Shown piece by piece: positions 28,151-38,211 of a stretch of 64,000 bases of DNA. The translations under genes and the position numbers were made by a program. The notes below the pieces were generated by a model, which was not told the DNA's origin, made no database searches, and worked only from the letters and a program-made list of their open reading frames with translations. The stretch comes from an uncultured Dorea sp. (GTDB lineage: Bacteria > Bacillota > Clostridia > Lachnospirales > Lachnospiraceae): contig CAJTQA010000011.1 of the NCBI GenBank assembly GCA_910578455.1, forward strand, positions 302 to 64,301, in the 5' to 3' direction. Every line of letters starts with the position of its first letter. Position 1 is the first letter of the stretch.

Positions 28151-29565
28151 ATGAACGCACACTCAGCCAAAAAGACTTTTTTATCCCTGCTGCTCATCCT
28201 TTCGCTCTGTCTGGACATTGCCATGACCGCACATGCCGGCGAATACCCGGCGCAAAGCAGCGCCGCCCTGGAAAACCCTGGAAATTTTTCATCTGCAAGC
28301 GATACATCCCCAGGCGATATGGACGAAAACGATTCTTCTGACGAGACGGCTCCTGACGGCAGCTCTTCCGATAAGGATAACGCCGATACAGATTCCGCAG
28401 GCGATGGCTCTTCCGGCGGCAATACTGCTGCCGACAATGATTCTTCCGCAGACACCTCCTCCGGCGATGATTCCTCCGAAGAAGGCTTTGCGGAGGAAAA
28501 TACCCTTGCAGAAGACGCGCCCTCTGCCAAACTCCCTGCCGACGAGGCAGATCGCAAGGCGGACGGCGAAATGGACAGCCTGTCTGCCGGCGAGGCAGCG
28601 CCGGAAATGGAGTGACCCCCTCCGCAGCCGAAAGCGAAACCACCTTTATCACCCTCAGCGCAGCAGGAGACTGCACCCTTGGCATAGACTCCAGATACAG
28701 CCATAACTTCAACAAATATTACAAGAAAAAGGGCGACCGTTACTTCCTGAAAAAAGTAAGTCCAATCTTTTCACAGGACGACATCACTATCGTCAATTTC
28801 GAGGGAACGCTTACGTCCAATAAAAAACGGGCCAGAAAGACATTTACCTTCAAAGGCCCGAAAAAATACGTATCCATACTGAAAAAAGGATCTGTGGAAG
28901 TAGTGAACCTTGCCAACAACCACTCAAAAGACTACGGCAAGTCTTCCCTTACCGACACACAGAGCACCCTGAGGAAAAATAACATCGGCTACTGCCGCAG
29001 TACTGTTATCAGCTACCAGACAGTAAACGATGTCAAGATGGCATTCTTAGGGTTCAACGCATTGGAGAGAATCACAAAAAGCCAGATAAGATCAGGAATT
29101 GTACAGGCAAAGAAAAATAAAGCAAAAATTATTGTCGTAAGCTTTCACTGGGGCGTCGAGCGCAAATATTACCCCAACGCAAAGCAGAAATCCCTCGGGC
29201 GCTACGCCATCGACTGCGAAGCCTCGCTGGTACTCGGCCATCATCCCCATGTACTTCAGGGCATCGAAAAATACAACGGGCGCTACATCGTATACAGCCT
29301 CGGCAACTTTTGTTTTGGCGGCAACAGCAATCCGAAAGACAAAGACACGATAATCTTTCAGCAGAAATTTTCCATAAAAGGCGGAAAACTCCAACCAGAA
29401 AACAATGCGAAAATCATCCCCTGCTCCCTCTCGTCCCACAAAAAGACCAACGACTTCCAGCCCCGCATTTTGTCTGGGAGTGAGAAAAAACGGCTCATCA
29501 AAAAGATGAACAAACTGAGCAGGAAACTGAAAGTTTCCATAAGCTCAAGCGGGAAACTAAATTAA
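28151..29565 (+). pseudogene. CapA-family metallophosphoesterase with signal peptide and acidic linker, split by a probable frameshift near 28605
   Basis: The 5' ORF has an RBS, signal peptide and D/S-rich linker. The 3' ORF has AAGD, VNFEG, LANNH, FHWG, GHHPH and YSLGNF motifs. Confidence 0.65.
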
Positions 29566-29569
29566 CAGA

Positions 29570-30481
29570 TCACACATCGAACTCCCTCACCCCATACACC
29601 CTGCGGTACTGGTTCGGCGTCACCCCCATACATTCCTTAAACTGTTTTCCCATGTGGCTCTGGGAGGAATACCCCAGATAAGTCGCGATCTCGCTGCAGG
29701 AATACCGGGAATAAATAAGCAGATTCTTCACCAGATTCATCTTCTCCCTGCGGATAAAATCCGTCAGGGAGATTTTTTCGCACTGATGAAACAGCTCCGA
29801 GAGATAATTTGCATTAAGCCCCAGCTCGTCCGCAATATCCTGCACGCAAATCTTATCATGCAGATGAGAAAAGATATAGTCTTCCTTAATCGCCGTCTTA
29901 AGCTGTTCCAACTCTCCCTGCTCAATGCTGGCACATTCCCGGAATTCCTGGTCGTAAGGGTTATGCCGCCTGCCATGCTCCCTGTTTTCAAATACAAGCT
30001 CAGAAAAATGCGTCCTGAGCTCATCATCCGTCTCCTGCCTGATGCAGTTTTCCGTCAGCAGCCCGCTCTCATCCAGCAGCTCCTCCCGGCAAATGTTAAA
30101 CGCCAGCAGCACATCAGCCGCCAGCTCCTTAAACCCGCACACCGGAACTGTCTCAAGCCACGCCTCATCCACGTTCTGCACCTCCATCTTCCAGCGCAGA
30201 TACACCTCCTCCGAAAACCGCGCCGGCCCAATGATAAACTGGTACTTTTCACCAGGCACAAAGACGTACAAAAACCGGCCGTTAAAGGACATTATCACCG
30301 GGAAGTTGAAAGCTATATCCCTCCGGGAAGTAAAAAAAGCCATCAGCTCATCCGCAGTAAAACAATCCTGAATCCCCATCCGCCCGCAAAAGCTGTCTAT
30401 GTAAATAAATTCCGCCGTATACCTTCTGACAACCGTATGCAGGCGGTAGGAAATATGTTTCATCAAATATTCGTGATTCAT
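29570..30481 (-). pseudogene. AraC-family regulator with in-frame internal deletion
   Basis: AraC HTH is present, but KEDY joins directly to IFSHLHDKI; the paralog 45135..45884 has ~90 extra residues at this point. Confidence 0.7.
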
Positions 30482-30581
30482 CCTCCTTTACCCTCTCTCC
30501 TTTTTCTACAGTATATCACATTTACCTGAGAAACATAACAATAACCCGTGAAAAATGATATAGAAAGGAGGCCTGCTCTTT

Positions 30582-31730
30582 TTAGGCAACTGGCTGGTGT
30601 TAGAAAAATGGATGTCCCCGGCATTATTCGACGGAACAACAGCGGAGGATGAATATTACCTCCCGACGCAGCTTTCAAAAGAAGTATACGAGGCACGTAT
30701 CAAAATACACCGGGCAGAATATATCACAGAAGGCGACTTTGTCAGAATCAAGGCCATGGGCATGGAGGCAGTACGCATCCCGGTTCCCTACTTTATCTTC
30801 GGAGACCGTCCTCCCTTTATCGGATGCATCGCGGAATTAGACAAAGCTTTTAACTGGGCAAAAAAATACGGCCTCCAGATTCTCATCGACCTGCACACAG
30901 CCCCGGACAGCCAGAATGGTTTTGACAACGGCGGCATCAGCGGCGTATGTAAATGGTCAAAGCAGCCGGAGGAAGTAGAATTCGTACTGCAGGTGCTGGA
31001 ACGGCTGGCAGACAGATACGGCGCCAGAAAAGGGCTTTGGGGAATTGAGGTCATCAACGAGCCAATCCTTGACAATATGTGGGAAATGATAAACGTACCG
31101 GAAAGATATCCTGCCGCAGACCCGAAAAAAGCCAAAGGGAGCGGCCCGAATACGATGGAATTCATCCGTCAGTTTTATCTTAATGCCTATGACAGAATCC
31201 GGAAATATCTGCCTGAAGAAAAATACATCGTCATCCACGACGCATTTAAACTCAGCTCATGGAAAGACTTCATGCGGGAAAAAAAGTACAAAAACGTAGT
31301 ACTTGACACCCACCAATACCTGATATTCGCAGAGATGGACGGCTGCGGGCAGACTGTCGAAGAATATATAAGCTACATAGAGAAACACTACAAAGACGAA
31401 ATCCGCAAGATGCAGGAATATTTCCCCGTAATATGCGGCGAGTGGTGCCTGTTTAACTCTTTCGCCGCAGGGTGCGATACAAAGGGCGGACAGAGCGTCC
31501 TTAACGGCCAGGAAGGCATGTCGGCGGAAAGCCTAAACGCAGAACAGAAAAAAGAAATCTACCAGGCCGTTGCGAAAGCCCAGTTAGCGGCATGGAACGC
31601 AGGGAGCGGTTATTTTTACTGGAGCTATAAGCTCCTCACCGATACAGTGAACACCCCCGGATGGGTGGGATGGGACAGCTGGGATTTCGGAAGGTGCGTA
31701 GACTTCGGATGGTTTCCAGAAAATATTTAA
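30582..31730 (+). CDS. Glycoside hydrolase family 5 (exo-glucanase-like), native start apparently lost
   Basis: LGNWLVLEKWM, RIP, IDLH, INEP, DTHQY and GEW motifs. Confidence 0.85.
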   Translation, partial: LGNWLVLEKWMSPALFDGTTAEDEYYLPTQLSKEVYEARIKIHRAEYITEGDFVRIKAMGMEAVRIPVPYFIFGDRPPFIGCIAELDKAFNWAKKYGLQILIDLHTAPDSQNGFDNGGISGVCKWSKQPEEVEFVLQVLERLADRYGARKGLWGIEVINEPILDNMWEMINVPERYPAADPKKAKGSGPNTMEFIRQFYLNAYDRIRKYLPEEKYIVIHDAFKLSSWKDFMREKKYKNVVLDTHQYLIFAEMDGCGQTVEEYISYIEKHYKDEIRKMQEYFPVICGEWCLFNSFAAGCDTKGGQSVLNGQEGMSAESLNAEQKKEIYQAVAKAQLAAWNAGSGYFYWSYKLLTDTVNTPGWVGWDSWDFGRCVDFGWFPENI

Positions 31731-31744
31731 AGGAGAAAAGAAAA

Positions 31745-32317
31745 ATGAAAAATGATATGAGTTCTAATGCAAAATTATCGTTTCTTGAACGTTTTGGATA
31801 CGGCGTGGGAGATTACGCGGCAAACCTTGTGTACTCCGCAATCAGCGCATTTTTATTAGTGTATTATACAAACGTAATCGGGGCAAGCGCGGCAGCCGCA
31901 GCATCTGTCATCGCCGTCTCAAAAATCTTCGACGGCGTATCAGACCTGATCATGGGCTATATCGTAGACCACACCGACACAAAATACGGGAAAGCCCGCC
32001 CATGGATCGCAAGGCTCTGCGTTCCGCTGGCAGTATGTACGGTACTGATGTTCAGCGTGCCTGCGTCATTTGCCGGCAAAGCACAGATCGCCTACATGTT
32101 CCTCACCTACAACCTGGTATCGACCATTTTTTACACCGGAGTAAACGTGCCTTACGCCACACTCCAGGGGCTTATGACCACCAACCAGTACGAGCGCGGA
32201 CTCCTCGGAAACTTCCGGAATCTCCTTTCCACGGCCAGAACCATGACCATCAACACCGTCGTTCTGAAAATGACCGAATTCTTCGGCGGAGGAGACCTCG
32301 ACAAGCATTATGACAAA
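31745..32317 (+). pseudogene. GPH-family MFS sugar transporter, N-terminal half only
   Basis: ERFGYGVGD, DGVSDLIMG and YGKARPW; sequence breaks off after FFGGGD-LDKHYDK. Confidence 0.85.
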
Positions 32318-33476
32318 AAGGATTTTAAAAACTGGGAGCTTTACATCCATGTACTGACCGACGATACTGAGACAGACCTAAAAAAACTTCCCTCCGCCAA
32401 AGGAATCTGGGCTCCATGCCTGACCTACTGCGGGGATGAGGATTTATTTTATGTCATATACGGCGTAATGAACTCCATGAATGCAAGATATTTTGATGTG
32501 GACAATTATCTGATCACGGCAAAAGACATCAAAGGCCCATGGAGCGAACCTGTGTACATTCATTCATCCGGGTTCGACGCGTCCATCCTCCATGACGATG
32601 ACGGCAGAAAATATATCGTCTCCCTGGAGTGGGAAACAAGGGAAGGCTATGAAAAGCCAGGCTCTATCTGCATGGTAGAGTATTCCCCAAAGGATAAGGA
32701 AATCGTCGGCTACCCCAGGCATATCTGGAGTGGCGGCACAGACCGGGGATGCATTGAGGCGCCCCATCTGACCAAGCACGGCGGCTTTTATTATATCATG
32801 TGCGCGGAAGGCGGCACGGGCTACAACCACTGCGTGACCATGGGAAGGTCAGCCAACGTCTGGGGACCATACGAGAAAGACCCCTCAAACCCCATCGTCA
32901 CCTCCGCGCCGGGAGAATCCCTCGAGCGCCACGACCCGGATCATCTGAAACTCAAATACTTTAACCCTGAGTCGCCGCTCCAAAAATGCGGCCATGTAAG
33001 TTATGTAGAAACCCAGCTCGGGGAAGTCTATCTGCTGCACCTTTGCGCCAGGCCCTTTGTGCCGGAGCTGCGGTGCACACTTGGGAGGGAGACCGCCATA
33101 CAGAAAATGGAATGGACACTACATCAATCTCAGAAAATACCGGAGCGAAACACTCGGACAGAGCGCCCTGTCCATTATCCATCTGGAAAACGGACGGAAA
33201 CACGAACTTTTGAATACAAGAATCCCGGTGGACGACGTGCCCGTCTATCTCCGCTTAAATATAGAAGGGCGGCGCTCCTGGTTCGAATGGAGTTATGACG
33301 GGAAAAAGTATCAGAAGATCGGCGAGAATTTTGACACGACAAAATTTTCAGATGAATATTGCATGTACGGGGAATTTACTGGAACTTTTGTAGGGCTCAC
33401 CTGTGCAGACAGAGTAAAGCATCGGCATTATGCTGACTTTGATTTCTTTGAGTATAAAGATGATATGCTTGATTAG
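32318..33476 (+). pseudogene. GH43 beta-xylosidase remnant (N-terminus missing, internal deletion/frameshift at ~33117)
   Basis: GIWAP, GFDAS, IEAPH and AEGGT; the C-terminal FTGTFVG..ADFDFFEY is in another frame. Confidence 0.85.
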
Positions 33477-33554
33477 CATTCTCAGCTATAATAAGTTGAA
33501 GTCTAAAAATATCGGGAATCGAGCAATATTCCTTTTTACTGCTTGGCTAAAACC

Positions 33555-33620
33555 CTTAGCAAGTGATTTCAGCAACGCCGCCATCTCTGGATTGGAAAGC
33601 AGTTTCAGAAGTATTTCTTG
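33555..33620 (-). mobile_element. Remnant resembling the C-terminal tail of a clostridial tyrosine integrase
   Basis: Reverse strand reads QEILLKLLSNPEMAALLKSLAK; similarity recalled, not searched. Confidence 0.45.
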
Positions 33621-33742
33621 GTATATCTCGCGCGTGCTCTGTAACATTTTTCCAGCGCACCCGCGAGTTTAAGTTTGGAAATCAAAATCATTAGGATAGC
33701 CGCACCCTGCGGTCACTTATTGAATAGCCTTCTACTGAATTT

Positions 33743-36181
33743 TTAATTTGACAATCTTTGAATCATTTTAAGTATCCGCCCCGCGCTGCACCGTATCATT
33801 TCTTCCGATAATTTTCCTTGTTCATAGGCCTCACGGATATTTGCAGCATCTTTCTGATTTCCGGGCATAATGATATCATTTCCAGCAGCAACGCATTGCC
33901 ATGGCACACTGCCATTTTCTGGAACAGTTGTATTCCAATCAGATATAATTACGCCTTCAAATCCCCATTCTTCACGTGCAATTATCGTACAAAGCTCTCT
34001 ACTATTAGCCGCATGAACACCATTGATTAAATTATAAGAAGACATCATAGCAATCGGCTTACTTTTCTTTACTGCAATTTCAAATCCACGCAGATAAATC
34101 TCTCTGAGTGCCCGCTCAGAAACACAAGCATCCACCCCCATTCTATTATCCTCCTGATTATTGCAGACAAAATGTTTGATTGTTACGCCACATCCTCTGT
34201 GGCTCTGTACGCCATCCGTCACAGATGCCGCCATGATCCCTGACAGAAAAGGATCTTCCGAATAATATTCAAAATTACGTCCGCATAATGGATTCCTGTG
34301 AATATTCATACCGGGCGCTAACCACAGATCAACATGGAATTCTTCCATCTCTACGGCAACAGCCTCTCCAAATTCCCGCATCAAACCTGTGTCCCATGAC
34401 TGCGCCAATGCTGTTCCTACCGGAAATGCAGTACAATATTGATAATAAGTATCTGCATTTTCATGATGTTTTGTTTCTTCCAAAAAACCGTTCTCTAAAG
34501 ATCCTAAGACACCGGCGCCGTATACGGAATTCGTATCACAATCTACTTCATAGCTCTGCCTTAAACGAAGCCCTGCCGGGCCATCCGCCATAATCAAAGA
34601 ACGTATGCCATACTTTTCTTCCAGTGTTTCTGTTGTTTCTCCGGCAGAACCAGGCACTCGTATTCCAGCCGATCCAAGAGTGCTGGCGCCCTGAGTAATA
34701 TTTCCATACAAGAGTGGTATCAGTTCTGTAACAGGCTGTTCTTTTGCAAAAGTTATCTGATATGTACTATTCTTTTCTTCCTGCGGTATAAATGAAGAAA
34801 TCGGAATCTTTTGTTCCTCTGTCTTCTTAAGCCATTCCCCAGCTCTATTCTTGGCAAATTTAGCTATGCCAAGTTCTTCAACAGATTCTTTTGGGGAACA
34901 GACTCCCTTTGTATGTTCCAATATCGTCTGCTGATGAACAGTAAACAATTCTGCAAGCTGCAATGACGCGGAATGATTCCCAATCCATATACCATATGTT
35001 CCGGCTTCCATGAACCATGCATGCATCTGTTCTGAAAAACTGGCAAGATTTGACTGGTCAATAGATATCACAAGTTTTTGTTTTTCCTGCGGCTTTAAAG
35101 TGTTTGTCTTTGCAAACCCAACTAACCTTTGATATTCTTTTGCACAATTTGTCTGCGGCAATGTTACATATACTTGTACGACTTCTCGTCCGGAATATGA
35201 TTTTCCTGTATTTGTCACAGAAACCATGATATCCATGCCTCTCGCTGTTCTCTGAAGCCCTTCATATCTTATAGAAAAATCCGTATAGGACAGGCCATAA
35301 CCAAATGGAAACAATGGCTGTATACCGAAACTGTCAAAATACCGATATCCAACATAAATTCCTTCCCTGTATTTCTCCATTTCTAAATTTCCATTCAAAT
35401 AACCAAAACTGTCTGCCGAAGGATAATCTTCATAATGCTTTGCCCAAGTGGCAGTCAATCTGCCTCCTGGCGCTGCGCGGCCAAACAAAACATCCGCAAC
35501 TGCATGGCCTCCCTCTTGCCCGGGAAGAGAAATATTTAAAACCGCTTTAATATTTCCGGCCTCTTGTAAAACATCGGTTAACTCTATCGGTGATCCGACA
35601 TTTAAGAGTAGTATAATCGGTATATCTGCCTGATCCAGATATAAAATATCTTCCCGCTCTTTTTTACTTAAATAATAGTCTCCTTCTATCTTCCGGCGGT
35701 CTTTACCCTCTCCCGCAATACGGCTGATCACATATACTGCTGCTGAAGCATCTCCTAAATCTTTTAACATAATTTTTCGTCCGTCCGGCATGGAAAATGG
35801 ATTGGCTGAATAAGCGTCAAATGGATTTTCTACATGCCTGGCGTCTTCTAAAACTCTTTCCTTCCATGCAGTTCTGGCCGTTTCGTAACGATTCTTATAA
35901 TCTGCAATCCAGTCTTCGCTTGTAATCACTGCGCCTGCGGTCTTTAAACCTCTATATATTGATATACTCTCTCGATTATTAACATCGCCTGAACCGATTC
36001 CTCCCTTAACCGTGCAGACAGCGCCTCCGCCAAACAATGCAATGGACATTGGAACCTTAAGCGGAAGCAAGTTTTCATTTTTTAATAAAACCATACCTTC
36101 GGCTGACGCTTTTCTTGCTAATCTTGCATGTTCAAGCTCCCGTTTGGAAAGCTTTGTTTTCAGTGTACCGCTATGATTCAT
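33743..36181 (-). CDS. GH3 beta-glucosidase with reversed domain order
   Basis: Starts with GMVLLKN (normally the C-domain), then an Fn3-like domain, then ADGPAG, GRNFEYYSEDP, KHF and ISDW. Confidence 0.93.
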   Translation of the reverse strand: MNHSGTLKTKLSKRELEHARLARKASAEGMVLLKNENLLPLKVPMSIALFGGGAVCTVKGGIGSGDVNNRESISIYRGLKTAGAVITSEDWIADYKNRYETARTAWKERVLEDARHVENPFDAYSANPFSMPDGRKIMLKDLGDASAAVYVISRIAGEGKDRRKIEGDYYLSKKEREDILYLDQADIPIILLLNVGSPIELTDVLQEAGNIKAVLNISLPGQEGGHAVADVLFGRAAPGGRLTATWAKHYEDYPSADSFGYLNGNLEMEKYREGIYVGYRYFDSFGIQPLFPFGYGLSYTDFSIRYEGLQRTARGMDIMVSVTNTGKSYSGREVVQVYVTLPQTNCAKEYQRLVGFAKTNTLKPQEKQKLVISIDQSNLASFSEQMHAWFMEAGTYGIWIGNHSASLQLAELFTVHQQTILEHTKGVCSPKESVEELGIAKFAKNRAGEWLKKTEEQKIPISSFIPQEEKNSTYQITFAKEQPVTELIPLLYGNITQGASTLGSAGIRVPGSAGETTETLEEKYGIRSLIMADGPAGLRLRQSYEVDCDTNSVYGAGVLGSLENGFLEETKHHENADTYYQYCTAFPVGTALAQSWDTGLMREFGEAVAVEMEEFHVDLWLAPGMNIHRNPLCGRNFEYYSEDPFLSGIMAASVTDGVQSHRGCGVTIKHFVCNNQEDNRMGVDACVSERALREIYLRGFEIAVKKSKPIAMMSSYNLINGVHAANSRELCTIIAREEWGFEGVIISDWNTTVPENGSVPWQCVAAGNDIIMPGNQKDAANIREAYEQGKLSEEMIRCSAGRILKMIQRLSN

Positions 36182-36345
36182 AATTTTTACTTTTATCCTC
36201 CTTTTAATATGCGCTCCTTTATGCAATAATAAAATTTACTATTACGCTTCAAAATTGAAAAGTAATATAAAAAGAAAGACTGCCACAGTCAGCTTTTCGT
36301 AATTCAAAAGGCTTACATATAGCAGTCGTTTTAAAACCTGTTTTA

Positions 36346-37191
36346 TTACTCCTTTACACCGCCAAGTGTAACACCTGCAATGATGAACTTGGAAAGACAC
36401 AGGTATACGATAATAATCGGTACAATTGCCACCAGAATCATTGTATAGATCTTACCCATATCAAAGTTCATATAATCGGCGCCTCGAAGTGTCGCGATCA
36501 GAATCGGAACGGTCATCTTGTCTTTCGATTGAATAACCAGAGCCGGAACGAAGTAATTATTCCAAGATCCTACAAAACTAAAAATCGCCTGCACCGCAAT
36601 CGCCGGTTTCATAATCGGAAGTACAATCTTGTTAAAAGTCCTGAACTCTCCGCAGCCGTCAATTCTTGACGCCTCCACAAGTGACAGCGGAAGTGATGAC
36701 TGCAGATAGCTGTACATAAAATAGAACACAGCCGGAGACGCAATCGAAGGTATGATCAATGGAAGCAGTGAGTCATACATTCCCATATTCGTAATCAACC
36801 GCAGGAATCCCATTGCAGTCACCTGTGTAGGCATTACAAGAATTGCCATAATAAATGTAAATGCAACCTTCTTTAGTTTAAAGTTATACGCATACAAGCC
36901 ATACGCCGTTAATGCTGAAAAATATGTACAAATTGCTGCAGAGCAGCCAGAAACGATCAGACTGTTTAAAATACCCCTCAACATCGGAAAGGTTCCGTCA
37001 TTGGCGACATTAGTTAGATTTTTTAACAAATAGTTTCCTGGCAATGCAGAAAACCCTTTCTGTAGGTCTGCATGTGACCGTGTCGCATTGATAAACAGGA
37101 TATAGAAGAAAAACAAACACATGAATGACAGGATAATCAGTACAATATGTGCAACTATACTCCGTAAATGACTTGGCTGTTTTGATTTCAT
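36346..37191 (-). CDS. Carbohydrate ABC transporter permease (MalG-like)
   Basis: EASRIDG EAA motif, WNNY, GGVKE C-terminus. Confidence 0.95.
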   Translation of the reverse strand: MKSKQPSHLRSIVAHIVLIILSFMCLFFFYILFINATRSHADLQKGFSALPGNYLLKNLTNVANDGTFPMLRGILNSLIVSGCSAAICTYFSALTAYGLYAYNFKLKKVAFTFIMAILVMPTQVTAMGFLRLITNMGMYDSLLPLIIPSIASPAVFYFMYSYLQSSLPLSLVEASRIDGCGEFRTFNKIVLPIMKPAIAVQAIFSFVGSWNNYFVPALVIQSKDKMTVPILIATLRGADYMNFDMGKIYTMILVAIVPIIIVYLCLSKFIIAGVTLGGVKE

Positions 37192-37195
37192 AAAT

Positions 37196-38149
37196 CTACC
37201 CCCTCCTTTGCTGTTTTTTCGCTTTTTTCGCTGCAGCTTTCGAACCATCCGGGTCATCATTATTTGTCATCCGATATACAAAGAAACACAGAATACCGCT
37301 GACAATAAACAGATAGACGGACAACGCACCTGCCATACCATAATTTCTGCTCTTCAAATGGCTGTTCAGGAACATGATCAAAGTCATCGAGGTACGATCC
37401 GGAGTACCCTGTCCATTAGTCAGAATCTGCGGCACATCAAACATCTGCAGGCCGCCAATGATAGCTGTGATCAGCGTATATGCAAGAATCGGCCGTATCT
37501 GCGGCAGCGTAATGTAGAAAAACCGCTGGAAACTGTTGCATCCGTCCAACTCAGACGCCTCAAATACATCAGGACTGATTCCCATAATTGCAGCCATCAA
37601 CATAATCGTTGAATTTCCAAACCACATCAGGAAATTCATAAACCCAACCAATGATCTTGTTCCCAACGCGGAACCCAGGAAATCAATGGGCTGACTGGTA
37701 AGCCCTATGGACATAAGAATAGAATTAACCGGTCCGTTAGTAGAGAACATCGTAAAAAATAACATCGCAAATGCAGACGCCATGATCAGGTTCGGCAGAT
37801 AGATAACAACCTTAAAAAACTGTGTTCCGTGAATCTTTAACCTTGCATCTACGAACCACTCCGCAAGTACCAACGCGATCACAATCTGCGGAATGAATCC
37901 TATAATCCATAAGATCAGAGTATTCGCTGCATATTTCAGCATATCCGAACCCAGAAGGCTGATATAATTTTCCATTCCAACAAAATTCGGTCCGATCTCT
38001 TTAATTCCTGAACGGTAATATTCAAAAAAACTATACCGGATGGTATCCACCAAAGGAATAAAGGAAAAAATGAAGAAACTTACAAAAAATGGAAGAATAA
38101 AAATATATCCCCATTTTGAATAGTCAACTTTTTTATGTTTTGATTTCAT
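37196..38149 (-). CDS. Carbohydrate ABC transporter permease (MalF-like)
   Basis: FVGMENY, EASELDG and GLQMFD. Confidence 0.95.
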   Translation of the reverse strand: MKSKHKKVDYSKWGYIFILPFFVSFFIFSFIPLVDTIRYSFFEYYRSGIKEIGPNFVGMENYISLLGSDMLKYAANTLILWIIGFIPQIVIALVLAEWFVDARLKIHGTQFFKVVIYLPNLIMASAFAMLFFTMFSTNGPVNSILMSIGLTSQPIDFLGSALGTRSLVGFMNFLMWFGNSTIMLMAAIMGISPDVFEASELDGCNSFQRFFYITLPQIRPILAYTLITAIIGGLQMFDVPQILTNGQGTPDRTSMTLIMFLNSHLKSRNYGMAGALSVYLFIVSGILCFFVYRMTNNDDPDGSKAAAKKAKKQQRRG

Positions 38150-38211
38150 AAACTATCATTCCTTTCTGCTCCATATGACGCAGGGCAATCAATGCCCCGC
38201 GGTCATTTTAT

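Noticed and set aside
28048..28715. Several overlapping long ORFs on both strands
   Set aside because: These are shadows of the GC-rich low-complexity linker of the CapA-like gene
29654..30529. 291-aa ORF antisense to the AraC gene
   Set aside because: It is a mirror-frame shadow of the real gene, with no motifs
31661..33298. 545-aa ORF as a novel functional transporter-hydrolase fusion
   Set aside because: Both halves are incomplete and the C-terminus is out of frame; it is better explained by deletions
33476..33742. att site duplicating the tRNA-Arg 3' end
   Set aside because: No copy of CGTCGCTAAGAGG or similar is visible
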